The notes: generated from the letters alone by a model not told the origin. Shown: positions 1 to 12,540, numbered from the stretch's first letter. The stretch is 64,000 bases of DNA from Octopus bimaculoides (GCF_001194135.2 NC_068991.1:80340959-80404958), one strand, 5' to 3'. A program made the numbers and translations.

Positions 1-320
1 CTTTTAATTTTGACTCTATATCTTCAGGAGGAGTTACCTCAATCCTTTCTATATTAACCAAAATGAAGTAGATTGACAAATTTATTTTTTGCACCAGTGG
101 AAGACACGCGAGATGTCGAAATATTGTTCACAAGATAGCAAATGGCACTCTTCTTTTAATTTTGACTCTATATCTTCAGGAGGAGTTACCTCAATCCTTT
201 CTATATTAACCAAAATGAAGTAGATTGACTAATTTATTTTTTGAACCAGTGGAAGACACGCGAGATGTCGAAATATTGTTCACAAGATAGCAAATGGCAC
301 TCTTCTTTTAATTTTGACTC

Positions 321-322
<2 letters not shown>
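1..322 (+). repeat. 152-bp tandem repeat (2 units plus a partial), Penelope pLTR-like, each unit with a hammerhead-like motif
   Basis: cttttaattttgactc recurs at 1, 153 and 305; units near-identical; ends in (TAT)n. Confidence 0.85.
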
Positions 323-353
<31 letters not shown>

Positions 354-978
354 CGCTACTATTACTACTACTACTACTACTACTACTATTATGTTTTCTT
401 TTCGTTTAGATATGATGTAGATTCTGCAAACGGTTCTTTGGATCAACAGGTTTGTAATGTTCAGATATTTTTTCTTCTTCGTTCGACATTGGTGCTCTGT
501 TTGTCTTTTGTCAAAACCTAGAACGCTTTGGAGTTTGCCTTAGGTCATTTTCAGTAACTCATCATTCCACTATGACTCTTTCGTAGCTGATAGTTACTAT
601 GACGTTGTGAAAATCGTTTTCTGTGTTGTTGTTGTTGTTGTTATTATTGTTATCATTATTATCATTATTATTATTATCATTATTATTATATATACACATC
701 TATATGTATGTACATACACACACATATATATATATGCATGGCCGCGTGTTTTTGTGTTTATCTCCCCACCATCGCTTTGACAACCGATGTTGGTGTGTTT
801 ACGTTCCCGCTACTTAGAGGTTCTGTAAGAGGGCCCGAAAGAATAAGGACTAGACTTAAAAAGAATAAGTCCTGGGGTCAATTTGTTCGACTAAAAGCGG
901 TGCTCCAGCATGGCCGCAGTCGAATGCCTGAAACACACACACAAATATATATATACATATCTATGTGTGTACTTACAT

Positions 979-1010
<32 letters not shown>

Positions 1011-1053
1011 CATATATACATACATGTGCGTGTGTATGTATACGTGTGGGGGG

Positions 1054-1101
<48 letters not shown>

Positions 1102-1319
1102 CACTGAAACACACCACCAACAGTGAGATTCTAGTCGGTTTTCTGCCAATCAAATTCACTTGCAGCCATTGATCAGACCGGGGGCATATTGTAGAATAGA
1201 CTTCGCCCAAATAACTACACAACGAAACCGAACGCGGAACCACGTCATTTCCAACAGCACTTCTTAATCACAAAGCTAGCCTTTAATTTTTCTTGTTTTT
1301 CTTGTTTATTTTCAATCTT

Positions 1320-1578
1320 TTATTTTCTTGATGAGGATTCTTGCTCTGTTTTGTCATCTTCTTCCCGCATCTCTTCACTACTTGCGTTGGAGCGTTGTTT
1401 AAGTTCAAATTGGTTAACTACATCCTCCATCCACTGCCAAGTCGCATTGATATCAGAAGAATTGTGTGTGGAAGACCTGTCAACGAGCTGTAGGTCAGAT
1501 ATAATTGCTTCTCTGTTTGCTTTGTGCAGAAGTATATTGTCATATATGTAAACTGGGGTGAGAGGGTAGGATGTAGTT
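1320..1578 (-). CDS. Putative terminal exon of an unidentified antisense gene or intron-containing element (TTSYPLTPVYIYDNILLHKANREAIISDL...EEDDKTEQESSSRK*)
   Basis: Minus-strand ttttcttcgtctag acceptor with an in-frame stop just upstream, then 85 open non-repetitive codons to TAA at 1322-1320, and AATAAA at 1310-1305. Not listed in the ORF track, which only reports ORFs from a start codon. Confidence 0.55.
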
Positions 1579-2463
1579 CTAGACGAAGAAAATTATTGTG
1601 AAACTACTTGCTCTTAATTACACTGCTAAATTTACTTAAAGTTCTAAGAAATGTACCAAAACGATGTAAATATGTTCACCCAAGGCAGTTAATGTTACAT
1701 AAACCGATAACCTTATATGCAAAAAATCGATAATTCATTTCAACAGAACTCTATTGAACATAATCAATTAGTTGAATATACGCTATTGAGTACGTTGAAG
1801 TTTGAATTACAAACTGGAACTGTACTCACGCACGCACACACTCATGTACTCATACACAAATATCTATTTATCTAACTAAATATATATATATACACACACA
1901 CGTGTAATTATGTGTGTATGTGTGTATAGATTATGAATGTTATATGTATATATGTGTGTGCATAGTGTGCATAGATATTATGCATTTACATGTATATATA
2001 AATATGTACGCGTGCATATACATATTTATGTATGTATTTATGAACGTATGTATGTATCGATGCTTTATACATACAGAGGAATCGATCAGGTAATCGCATT
2101 AGATTACAGGTAAGAAATACCTAAACGTCGCATTCAGAGTGTTACATAACTAGATTTATGCATATTCTTACAAAATGGTCAGTATTGGTTGAGCAAAGAA
2201 GGCATCATCTGACAAAATGCTTCGTAACTGTGAAGTTGGAAATATGTACGAAAGGCAAGGGTGGCTAAGAGACAAAGGGGGCGTTTCACAGTAAGTGGGA
2301 AGTAAATTTATTAAGGGGTATGTTTTTGGTCATCGAGAAAAAGGGTCACCCAGAGCCAGATGACTGATGGGCATAAAGTCACTGATACGCTCCACCCTCT
2401 GAATTTAATTATCAATTTAACTGGGTGCTCTGTGCCATAACCGATAAAAGATCTCTCATGAGA

Positions 2464-3947
2464 TCAGCTCATCCCATAAGTTCTGTCCGGTTTTACCTTT
2501 TTTAAAGTTGAATGAAATTTAATAGTATTTTAGGATGTCTAATGGTATTTAAAATTATTTTTATGCATTTGTGTACATTTAAACTAATTAAATATCATTT
2601 TACAGAATTATAGAATTCAAATTTCTTTGATTAAAACCCTTTATAACATGAAAGTATCCAAAGAGCATTTAAGGCACATAATGCTTTATGAGTACAAAAA
2701 AGGAAACTCCGAAGGTGAAGGGACTCGAAACATACTCTCAGTTTATGGGAAAGAATGCTTGAATGAAAGAACTTGCAGAAGATGGTTTGCAAAGTTCAGA
2801 AGTGGAGATTTCAGCCTTGAAGATGAAGATCGAACAGGACGTCCAGTTGAGTTTGATGATAAGCTCCTTGAGGCATTACTTGAAGAAAATCCTGCATTAT
2901 CAGTTGAAGAATTGGCAATCAATAAAGCTTAGTTCAAACCATACAACTGTTCATCGTCATCTTCAACAACTTGGAAAGGTTCCTAAACTTGAAAAATGGG
3001 TGACTCATGAATTGTCCGAAAGCAACCGCAAATCCCGAGTTGTCATCTGCTCTTCTCTCCATTCTCGNNNNNNNNNNTTTGATGATAAGCTCCTTGAGGC
3101 ATTACTTGAAGAAAATCCTGCATTATCAGTTGAAGAATTGGCAATCAATAAAGCTTAGTTCAAACCATACAACTGTTCATCGTCATCTTCAACAACTTGG
3201 AAAGGTTCCTAAACTTGAAAAATGGGTGACTCATGAATTGTCCGAAAGCAACCGCAAATCCCGAGTTGTCATCTGCTCTTCTCTCCATTCTCGCGAACTC
3301 ATTTCATCCTTTTTGGATAGACTTGTGACTGGTGACGAAAAATGTATCTTCAATCGAAATGTTAAACGTCATAAACAGTGGCTTGGTAAAAAGGAAAAGG
3401 CTCAACCACAACCGAGAAGGGAACTTTATGAGAAAAAGGGTCTTCTCTCTATTTGTTGGGATTGCAAAGGAGTAATTCACCTTAAATTGTTACCACCTAA
3501 TGCAACAATCAATGCTCAAAACTGCTGTCAGTAATTAGAGCGTTTGAACCAAGCTTTGAAGAAAAAAAGACCCGCTTTAGTGAATCGAAAAGGAGTGATC
3601 TTTCATCAGGACAATGCGTGACCCCACACTTCAAATATCACAACACAGAAGATCGAAGAGTTTGGTTGGGAAAAAATTCCTCTTCAGACAACCATTTGTT
3701 TCGTGGTTTACAGAATCATTTGGAGGACATAACTTTCGCAAGCCAGGAGGTCGAAAGTGACATTTCAGAGTTCTTCGCTTTGAAACCAAGGTTTTACATT
3801 GACGGGATTAAAAAGCTTGTAAATAGATGGAAGAAAGTCATAGATAATCAGGGAAAGTACATTGATAATTAAATTTCAATTAAATATAACATTTGATCAC
3901 TTGTTTTCTTTATTCAAAATTCGGATAGAACTTATGGGATGACCTGA
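2464..3947 (+). mobile_element. Defective mariner (DD34D-type) transposon
   Basis: 26-bp TIRs (tcagctcatcccataagttctgtccg / cggatagaacttatgggatgacctga). Transposase remnants: RRWFAKFRSGDFSLEDEDRTGRP, KWVTHEL, VTGDEK, FHQDNA. Frameshifts and stops present, YSPDL region deleted. Confidence 0.93.
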
Positions 3948-4407
3948 TATATATATATATATAAATGTTGGACAAGCACGTATAAAAAGCATAATATCAT
4001 TTATAAAAGATGTTTCATGAACGTACCATAAATATATTTGCCAGAGTTATAACTCTTTACGGCTATTTCAAAGACTCAGCGATTGGTTGATATAATAATA
4101 TGCATTATGCAATGGGGTGTCCAAGCTGAATCAATAATAAATCAAGTAGATATTATCATCAACTCAAATACATGATACTTTGATATGTTCATTCTGGAAG
4201 CGTTGAAGCGTCGAATTTTCTCAAGTATCTGGACTAATCCAAGCACTAGACAGAGCTGTTAGACAGACGAACAGACAATCAGAAAGACAGACAGACGAAC
4301 AGACAGTCAGAAACACAAACAGATATACAGACAGTCAGCCAGACTATATATGTGGAGGAATGTTGTGCATGTGTGTGTGTATGGGTGTGTGTGTGTGNNN
4401 NNNNNNN

Positions 4408-4462
<55 letters not shown>

Positions 4463-4730
4463 AAATGTGTACATGTATTTACTATGATATGATAATTCCA
4501 TTAATTTTCAATTTTGCATGCTAAACTCTACGCACTCAGTAAACGTATTCATCTTATCGATTATATTTCTTATATTCTATTGATGTGAATTACTGATTTA
4601 AGGTAATCACGATATTATTAATTGCCACGAGCAAATATATTTACATCATATTCGTATATTTCTGAGAACTTCAGCTAATAAATTTAATACAGTCTTAAAA
4701 GCAAGCAGTTTCTCATTTACCAATATCCAT

Positions 4731-5504
4731 CTAGTTTTAACATTTTAGGTCACTCCCCCAGTCTACAACAGTGTTTAGAAGTATGGCGCGAAACGTGTGA
4801 TCGTCGCATTAACCATCACGGAGAAAATAGCCATGGCGATACCTGCTCAGAGACCAATGTAAAGTTGCAGAAAGTGTATGGAGAGGAATGTGTGAGCCGC
4901 ACACATGTGTACGAGTGGTTCAAACGTTTCCAAGATAGCCGAAAAGATGTCGATATTGACGAACGTTCTGGGAGGCACGCAACCAGCAGAACTGAGAAAA
5001 ATATCGCAGATGTCCGTGCAGCTGTGTGGGGAAATCGTCGAATCACCATTTGTGAGTTATCAGAGGACGTGCTGTATAGTTACGGTTCAATTCAGTCTTT
5101 TATTGCTGAAGATTTGGGTATGAAACATGTGTCTGCCAAGTTTGTGCGAAAACTACTTTCAGCTGACCAAAAGGACACTTGGGTTTCAACTGCATAACAT
5201 CTCCTCAAACGATGAAAACATTTTGAAAACTTTGCGTAGCATATTGAGCAGGTATCGCCAAGCCTTTGGCAAAAATATAATGTAGATTTTCTGTTCACCG
5301 TTCTCCGTCATGGTCAATGCGACGAACACACGTTACACACGTGACGTCCAAGAACTGCTATAAATAGCACAAGTGACCTTGAACGTTAAAACTTAGTGCA
5401 CGTGCACTGCAGAGTTTAAAGTCAATTTGTTCCAAGCGGCTTCGCACGTGCTTTAGCTTCACTGCTATGGTAACAGTCCAGATATTTATTAATCAGACCA
5501 CGTA
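4731..5504 (+). mobile_element. Non-autonomous mariner, long-inverted-arm family, 5'-truncated copy
   Basis: HTH remnant VYGEECVSRTHVYEWFKRF...VSAKFVRKLL; same structure and breakpoints as 30302-31190; ends atcagaccacgta. Confidence 0.85.
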
Positions 5505-6142
5505 CCATTGCTGTTTTAACTTTTAGTGTGTGCTTCTTCTTCGGATATATAATCTATCTCTTTTTTCTATTTTTAGGTTTTTTCTTATTCCTCTTTCTCT
5601 TTACTTCGGTTATTTCATTTTATTTCTTCTATTTTTTTATATTTTTCTATTTCTTCTATTTCTTTATCCAATTTCCTTCCCCCCCCCCTTTATTACCTTA
5701 TTTCAACCCTACTAAATCTCTTATATGCATCTTACTTTATTATCCGTATTTTTTTCTTATATTACCCCCGATTTGACTTCTATTATTTTTGTATTATTAT
5801 TTGTGTATTTTATATTGTTTTTTTTTTGTATTTTATATTGTTTTAACCTCCAGCTTCTTTCTTTTTTTATCCTCTCCTTCTATCTCATATACGCTTGTTA
5901 TATATATTTATCATTCACTCTACCCTGAATTGTGGCACAATATGGACAGATTTCTGAATTCCGATGAACTTTTATGTAAATGTATCAACTTAAGGGATAA
6001 GCATATTACAATGGATATTATAATGGAAAATACCAAGTGGACTTCCCCTTTTTCTCTCTCCTGTTTCTCTCTCTTTTTTCTTTCTTTTATTTTTTGTCTT
6101 TGTGATTTCTTCTTTGTGATGTAATCTTGTGACGGAATATAT

Positions 6143-6245
6143 TTGCAGCTGAAGATAGCTTTAAACCATCCTATCTATCAATTATATGCTCATATAATGA
6201 TGCAACGACTGTTTGTATATAAAGCTTGAAACACGTGTACCGCGG
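6143..6245 (+). ncRNA. Minimal type I hammerhead ribozyme motif (Penelope-like)
   Basis: CTGAAGA 6149-6155; stem II AGCTTTA/TAAAGCT; GAAA 6228-6231; palindromic stem III ACACGTGT; GTA site; imperfect stem I. Confidence 0.55.
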
Positions 6246-6273
6246 AATCCTTTGTGTTCTGTTTTAATTTTAC

Positions 6274-6305
<32 letters not shown>

Positions 6306-6794
6306 NNNNNNNNNNNNNNNNNNNNNNNNNNNNNNNNNNNNNNNNNNNNNNNNNNNNNNNNNNNNNNNNNNNNNNNNNNNNNNNNNNNNNNNNNNNNNNN
6401 NNNNNNNNNNNNNNNNNNNNNNNNNNNNNNNNNNNNNNNNNNNNNNNNNNNNNNNNNNNNNNNNNNNNNNNNNNNNNNNNNNNNNNNNNNNNNNNNNNNN
6501 NNNNNNNNNNNNNNNNNNNNNNNNNNNNNNNNNNNNNNNNNNNNNNNNNNNNNNNNNNNNNNNNNNNNNNNNNNNNNNNNNNNNNNNNNNNNNNNNNNNN
6601 NNNNNNNNNNNNNNNNNNNNNNNNNNNNNNNNNNNNNNNNNNNNNNNNNNNNNNNNNNNNNNNNNNNNNNNNNNNNNNNNNNNNNNNNNNNNNNNNNNNN
6701 NNNNNNNNNNNNNNNNNNNNNNNNNNNNNNNNNNNNNNNNNNNNNNNNNNNNNNNNNNNNNNNNNNNNNNNNNNNNNNNNNNNNNNNNNNNNNN

Positions 6795-6876
<82 letters not shown>

Positions 6877-7772
6877 CGTGTATGTATGTATTGCAGGTAT
6901 GTGGCTAAGAAACCCGCTTTGAAATAACCTAGTTTTCAGTTCAGTTCAGCTGCGCGTCACTTTTGACTATAGTTTTCTATTATAGCCCCGTGCCGACCAA
7001 CATGAATTGAATTTTATAGACGGACAATATGTGGAAGACCATATATATACTGCGAATAGTTTTGTTAAGCAGTGCCGATCTTAATAATTCTGTAAATAAG
7101 AATAATAGTGCCATTTTGCACCATCTGTTCTCAGTCTGAATATAGAGGGATATTTCCGAAAAGTTAATACCTTTCACTGATACTCCCATCACCCCACTCC
7201 TCACTCGTCCTTCATCACTCTTCCCCCCCCCCCATCACTCATCTCACTGCCAGACACATCCTTCATTGTTGTTTTCCAGCTTGTAAAGATGCTGGTGAAT
7301 GACCAAAGGTGAGGAGTCATGAGGCCCTTTTGGTCGTGCCAAGGACATGAGTGCTTCACTAGTACCGCTAGCGTAGAAAACAACATCAGGAGACTCTGAA
7401 ATTTGTAAGGAAGTGAGTAACCTTTGGACATGTTGAAAACATGACGCCTCTTTTTTGCTGACGTCATGATGATGATGATGGTGGTAATAATGAGGACAGC
7501 ATTGACATATCATTTCTTTTTCTAATCAAGAAAAATCATTATTTTGTAATTATATCTCCTTAATTTTAATTAATGAAACATTCTAATTCAGTAAAATATT
7601 GTGTTGGTTTTAGTGGCTTATCACCTAATTTCAAATTTTATCATTGGCTGTGAAAATGAAAGTTAGAAATGCTGAAGCAAGAATTAATTTTATTTATTGA
7701 TGATATTTTTTAATATCTTTAAGAACATAGTATTTTTGTGATGTGTGAAGAATACTTTTTGGTATTTTTAAG

Positions 7773-7846
7773 GATTTTCTTGGTTATTTGGAATGTACCC
7801 TTGGAGAAATCGTTGGATGTGGTAGCAAATTGGAAACGAAACTGCT
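7773..7846 (+). CDS. CPNE8: Copine exon, C2A end (DFLGYLECTLGEIVGCGSKLETKL), phase 0->2
   Basis: tttttaag acceptor, gtaagt donor, 74 bp; resembles DFLGQ.FCTLGEIVG of copines. Confidence 0.93.
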
Positions 7847-8022
7847 GTAAGTATACATTTTATTTATATATATATATGTATTGAATATTTGATTATAAAC
7901 TTGCATATATATATGTGTATATATATGTATATATATATATGCACACGCACACACATGTATATATATGTACATATATATATGCATATATATATGTATGTAT
8001 ATATATATATATGTGTGTGTGT

Positions 8023-8089
<67 letters not shown>

Positions 8090-8092
<3 letters not shown>

Positions 8093-9303
8093 AGGGGTAC
8101 CTAAAAGTATCCGGAAAGTTCTCTGTGGGACAAACCAGTTGTAGTTCGGGCTTCTGCCGCTAGAAGCCACTTGATGCAATCCTCAGACATCAGTCTGCTG
8201 AGGTCGAACTGTCACGTGGTGCGTCTTTGTTTTGCAATGCTTCTCCCTTGTTCGTCGATATTTGCAATGGCTGAAAATATGGAACAGCGTGTTTCCGGGT
8301 AATTCTGGTTTCTGTCGGGGTAAAAGGCGGCCGAAACAGTTGTCATGCTTCAAAAAGCTTTACAAGGATGATGTCATGTGCAAAACACAAGTTTACGAGT
8401 GGTTTTCATGCTTTAGGAATGGTCACTTGTCGCTTGAAGATCAACCTCACTTAGGGCGACCGTCGACCTCTCAAACTAATGAAAACATCATGAAAATTCA
8501 TGAATTCATCTTGGAGGACCGTTACCGAACTTGTTGATATGACTAGTGTATCCTGGACCTCCTACCAATGAATTTTGAGCAAGGAATTGGGGATGAAAAG
8601 AGTTGCAGCAAAATTTGTGCCTCGCTTGCTCACGAAAGATCAAAACACGATTGAATGCATGTTGTGAACTGAAAGTTGATTTGAACCTTTTTCCGAAGGC
8701 TATCACTGGTGACGAAAGCTGGTGCTACCGCTACGAACCAGAAACGAAGCGTCACGTGAAGTCCAATCTCAAGACGATACTGATTTGTTTCATCGATGTG
8801 AAAGGAATTGCCCACACACAATTTGTTCCTCCTGGTCAAACTACTTACTAGACATTTAACTTGGCAGTTCTGGGGAATTTGCGAGGTGCAGTGAGACGTA
8901 AATGCCCCTACCTGTGACAAAGTAGAGAGTGGTGGTTACATCACGACAATGCACCTGCGCAGACAGCTTTTTTCCAAAAATGGCCTGACCTCGCCTACCC
9001 ACCTCCCCTGTTTGCGCGATCGTGCTCCCTGTGAATTTTTTCTGATCCCCCGATTGAAAGATCTCCTTAATGGAAAACGTTTTGCAGATGTAGAACAAGT
9101 GAAGAAAACAACGACGGAGGCTGCTAAAAGACATCCCTGTGATAGTATTATTTGCAGGACTGCTTCAAAGAGGAGGAAACGCGCCTGGACCGATGCATTG
9201 CTTCAAATGGAGAATACTTTGAAGGGGATAAAAGTATTAACATGCAAAACTATGTGAATAAAATAATATTGCAAAATTCCGGTTTCTTTTGGGCACCCCC
9301 TCG
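8090..9303 (+). mobile_element. Defective mariner (irritans-like) transposon
   Basis: TIRs cgaaggggtacctaaaagtatccggaa / ttccggtttcttttgggcaccccctcg; remnants KTQVYEWF, AITGDESW, LHHDNAP, CIASNGEYFEG. Confidence 0.92.
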
Positions 9304-9350
9304 TGCGTATATATACTTACATATACACACACGTACACACACACACACAT

Positions 9351-9394
<44 letters not shown>

Positions 9395-10171
9395 CATATT
9401 ATACTGTATTATAATATATTTCTTTCTAGAAATCTATCTCGCTATATTCTATTTTGTAGCAGAGATGCAGAGCGCTCAAAACTGGCCTGCATAAGGTTCG
9501 TAGAGCATATTATATATAGATATATGTTTAATATACATGTATTATATATATATATAAATATATGGTCAAGATAGATATATAAAAATTTGGAATAAACGTC
9601 TGAGTGTCTATACATGAACATATATATATATATATATGGAAGAGAGAGAGAGATGGGGAGAGATGGAGACAGAGAGAGATGAAGGAGGAAAGATTGTATC
9701 CTTGTGTATAGAAGAATGAGAGAAAGTATTCAAGAGATGCATTAAAATATACAAATTCCTTCTTAATAAATGATTTATTCCCATTTTAATCTGAGTGAAG
9801 TTTATGCATTCATTTATTATCTGTCTGAATACATGCATATATCATTATCTTCTTCATCGCTCTAGCGTTCACGGACTACATTGAGGCAAATTTTCTACAG
9901 CCGGATGCCCATTTTATCGCCAACCCTAGTCTCTTCCCAACTAACGTCATATTTTCCTATAACGAGACACGTTTTCCGCAATGCCGTTGCATGTATGAGA
10001 ATGAGACTCGTTTATACAGCAATCACGCGATGTTAAGAAATGGAGACACAAACATACACACGCACTCACACACACACACACACGCTCACACACACATACA
10101 CACACACATGCATACATGTATATATTTATACATGTACGCATGTGTGTGTAAGTGTGTAGGTATATATGTGC

Positions 10172-10209
10172 CTGATGAGACAACGAAATTGCCGAAACTG
10201 AATTCAGTA
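10172..10209 (+). ncRNA. Hammerhead-like core lacking an obvious stem I
   Basis: CTGATGA-GACAA/TTGCC-GAAA, then 12-bp palindrome ACTGAATTCAGT and a GTA site. Confidence 0.4.
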
Positions 10210-10349
10210 TAAGGAATTCTCAAACGGTGTTTCCACTCGATTATAGTCCCTGCCTGTATGCATGGTGGTGGTGGTGGTGGTGGTTATGGTGGTGATTGTA
10301 GTGATGGTGGTGGTGGTGGTCGTGGTTTTGGTGGTAGTGGTGATAATGA

Positions 10350-11330
10350 TTATGATGATGAAAATTTTCTTAGTGCATTTAAGAGCTGAATGTAAAATAC
10401 TCTGCATTGCATCTATTGAAAACTGAGTGGAGAGTATAGTATGAATGGACTGGCTTGCGTTGAGCACGTGCCGGTACACTGGGGATGCGAGAATGTGTAC
10501 TCGCCTTAGTGATCCGTGTGACAGTAGTTATGGTTTCCATGAATACCCCTCATAGGGCGGCCTCCCCCCACTTCTGTGGAATTGTTCCTTAGTTAAATGC
10601 AAAACGTGGAGAATGGAAACAATAGTGTTTTCGTCCATTTTTAACACATTCTGCAAAACTCGAACGCAATTTGTTTTTATAGATTTCGCCTAGGAGAACG
10701 ACACCTTCCTATTAACGCTCTATGTAAGCAAAACACCGATTCCAAGTAACAGTGAATAGTCAGACACCGGTGTTTTGGCATGGTTGTGCCTTCTCAGTGA
10801 TAGGCACCACCAGGTCATTTGCTGGAAGACAGGAACAACTGTTGTCACATACAGAAATCAACGAACAGTACATTTGCTGATATAGGCACAAATACATCAT
10901 TTGAAACGAACACATTCTCTAGAAAGAAGGCATTCTCCGTGACGAAATCCAACACCAAATAGCTATGTTCGCATTCAGGTCTGCTGGAATGTGTATATTA
11001 ATATTCTGACCCATGAATACCTGCGTTCCAGGTACGAACACACATAAGCATACGTTTTGCCTATTGATTACTATAGTTATGAACCGTTGTTCCCATCTAA
11101 CTCCAAAGGACTAAGTGATATTTGTCACTTAGGAGCGATAACCATATAGAAACACTGGTGTCTGATAGTTCACTAATGTCACCTGGAATGCGTGTATTCA
11201 CCCACATTGCCAATATGGAGAAGTTGTTCTTTGCGATGAAATCCAACAGCAAAACGCTATGTTCATGTTTGAGTTTTTCAAAACATGTCAACAGTATCTG
11301 TGCACGCCGTTGCTTACTAAATGTTATAAA
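10350..11330 (-). mobile_element. Highly decayed Tc1-like remnant (tentative)
   Basis: Minus-strand pieces NVLFVDF and GGGRPMRGI resemble Tc1 NVLFSDE and GGGSVMVWG; internal ~25-bp inverted repeat at ~10772 and ~11151. Confidence 0.3.
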
Positions 11331-11421
11331 GTTTTTATAGTTTATGTTTTTAGCTGAAATTTATTTCATGTTTACTAAAATGTATTTATGCCACTAATAT
11401 GAAAACGATTCTAATTTTCAG

Positions 11422-11453
11422 AGGAAGTGCAATTGACAATGGAAAAATAATCT
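11422..11453 (+). CDS. CPNE8: Copine microexon (L-GSAIDNGKII), 32 bp, phase 2->1
   Basis: ctaattttcag acceptor, gtaagt donor; supplies exactly the phase change needed between the 7773-7846 and 13797-13825 exons. Confidence 0.85.
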
Positions 11454-11488
11454 GTAAGTACTTATTAAATATATAGAATATAGGTTAT

Positions 11489-11530
<42 letters not shown>

Positions 11531-11531
<1 letters not shown>

Positions 11532-12294
11532 GACACAATATCTTCAATCAACAACCTAACAGTATTGTATACTGTGCGACGTCTGATCGCCAGGGGACAT
11601 ATATGGAGAGAATGTATCAGAAACATGCAGAGCCTGTACGACTTGGAACAAGGCAGTGGCACACATTGTGGAAGAATACCCCAAGTTGACTCAGAAAGAC
11701 TAAGAAATGGAGACAGGACCAGGTTGTAAAAGTTTTACACTGGAAAATGTGCCAGAAACGGGGATTTGAAGTTGGAACACATGGTGCAATCATCGAGTCG
11801 AAAGAGTACTGGAGTTGGAGAAATGAAAGATTTTGCGGGATTTCCCTATTCAAACGGATAAGAAGTTACAAAATAATAGACCAGACATAACGATTATAGT
11901 TAATGAAAAGCGAAGTTGGTTATTTATCGATCCATCATGTCCGTTTGATTCCAGGATCGTAAAGAAAGAGGAAGAAAAACAAAAAATATATAATCCCTTA
12001 AAATTTTAAATAGGAAGAATTTGGAGCATATGAACAGTAAAGGCCGTGCCTGTAATAATTGGTAGATTGGGAACAGCATGCCAAGATATGGACAAGTGGT
12101 TGAGGGAGATTGAAATAGAATGCCCGGTAGAGCTCTTACAGAAAGTTTGTCTCTTAAGGACAACAAGTATTATCAGGAGGGTTCTAAGCACTTGAGAGAA
12201 TGCTGAAAATTTGTGGATACCTAAGGTTACAGGTAGTAAGCCACTAACCATATAAACCATACCAGGAATAAGACCAAACCTGAGCCAAGCCAAA
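11531..12294 (+). mobile_element. 5'-truncated RLE-type non-LTR retrotransposon (R4/Dong-like) in a TAA repeat
   Basis: Remnants VAHIV..YPKL, KVLHWKMC, DFPIQTDKKLQNNRPDI, VPVIIGRLG, LLQKVCLL..IIRRVL; (TAA)n at the 5' flank and aataataat at the 3' flank. Confidence 0.8.
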
Positions 12295-12540
12295 ATAATA
12301 ATTACCATTATTATTATTATCTGGTCTTATTACTTCCAACTCATTAGTTTCAGAGTACAAAAACTGCTAAGGTCAACATTGTCTTTCATCGTTTCAAGGT
12401 TGAGAAATTAAACACTTAAATACTGGGGTCAATATAAACAATTTTCCCTCAGACCCTAAAATTGCCTTTTGCCAAAATTTCAAACCATTGTTATTAACAT
12501 TATTGATAGTAGTAGTAGTAGTAGTAGCAGTAGTAGTAGC

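Noticed and set aside
2852-3293. Exact 216-bp duplication inside the mariner (2852-3067 = 3078-3293)
   Set aside because: The copies are identical and flank a 10-N placeholder gap, the signature of overlapping contig ends. Treated as an assembly artefact.
6190-6922. Long ORFs spanning N-gaps (also near 33.8-34.3, 36.7-37.4 and 49.5-49.8 kb)
   Set aside because: They are open only because Ns are not read as stops.
10683-10723. 41-bp phase 2->1 candidate exon with gtaagc donor
   Set aside because: The peptide FRLGERHLPINAL is unlike copine, and it lies inside a probable Tc1 remnant.
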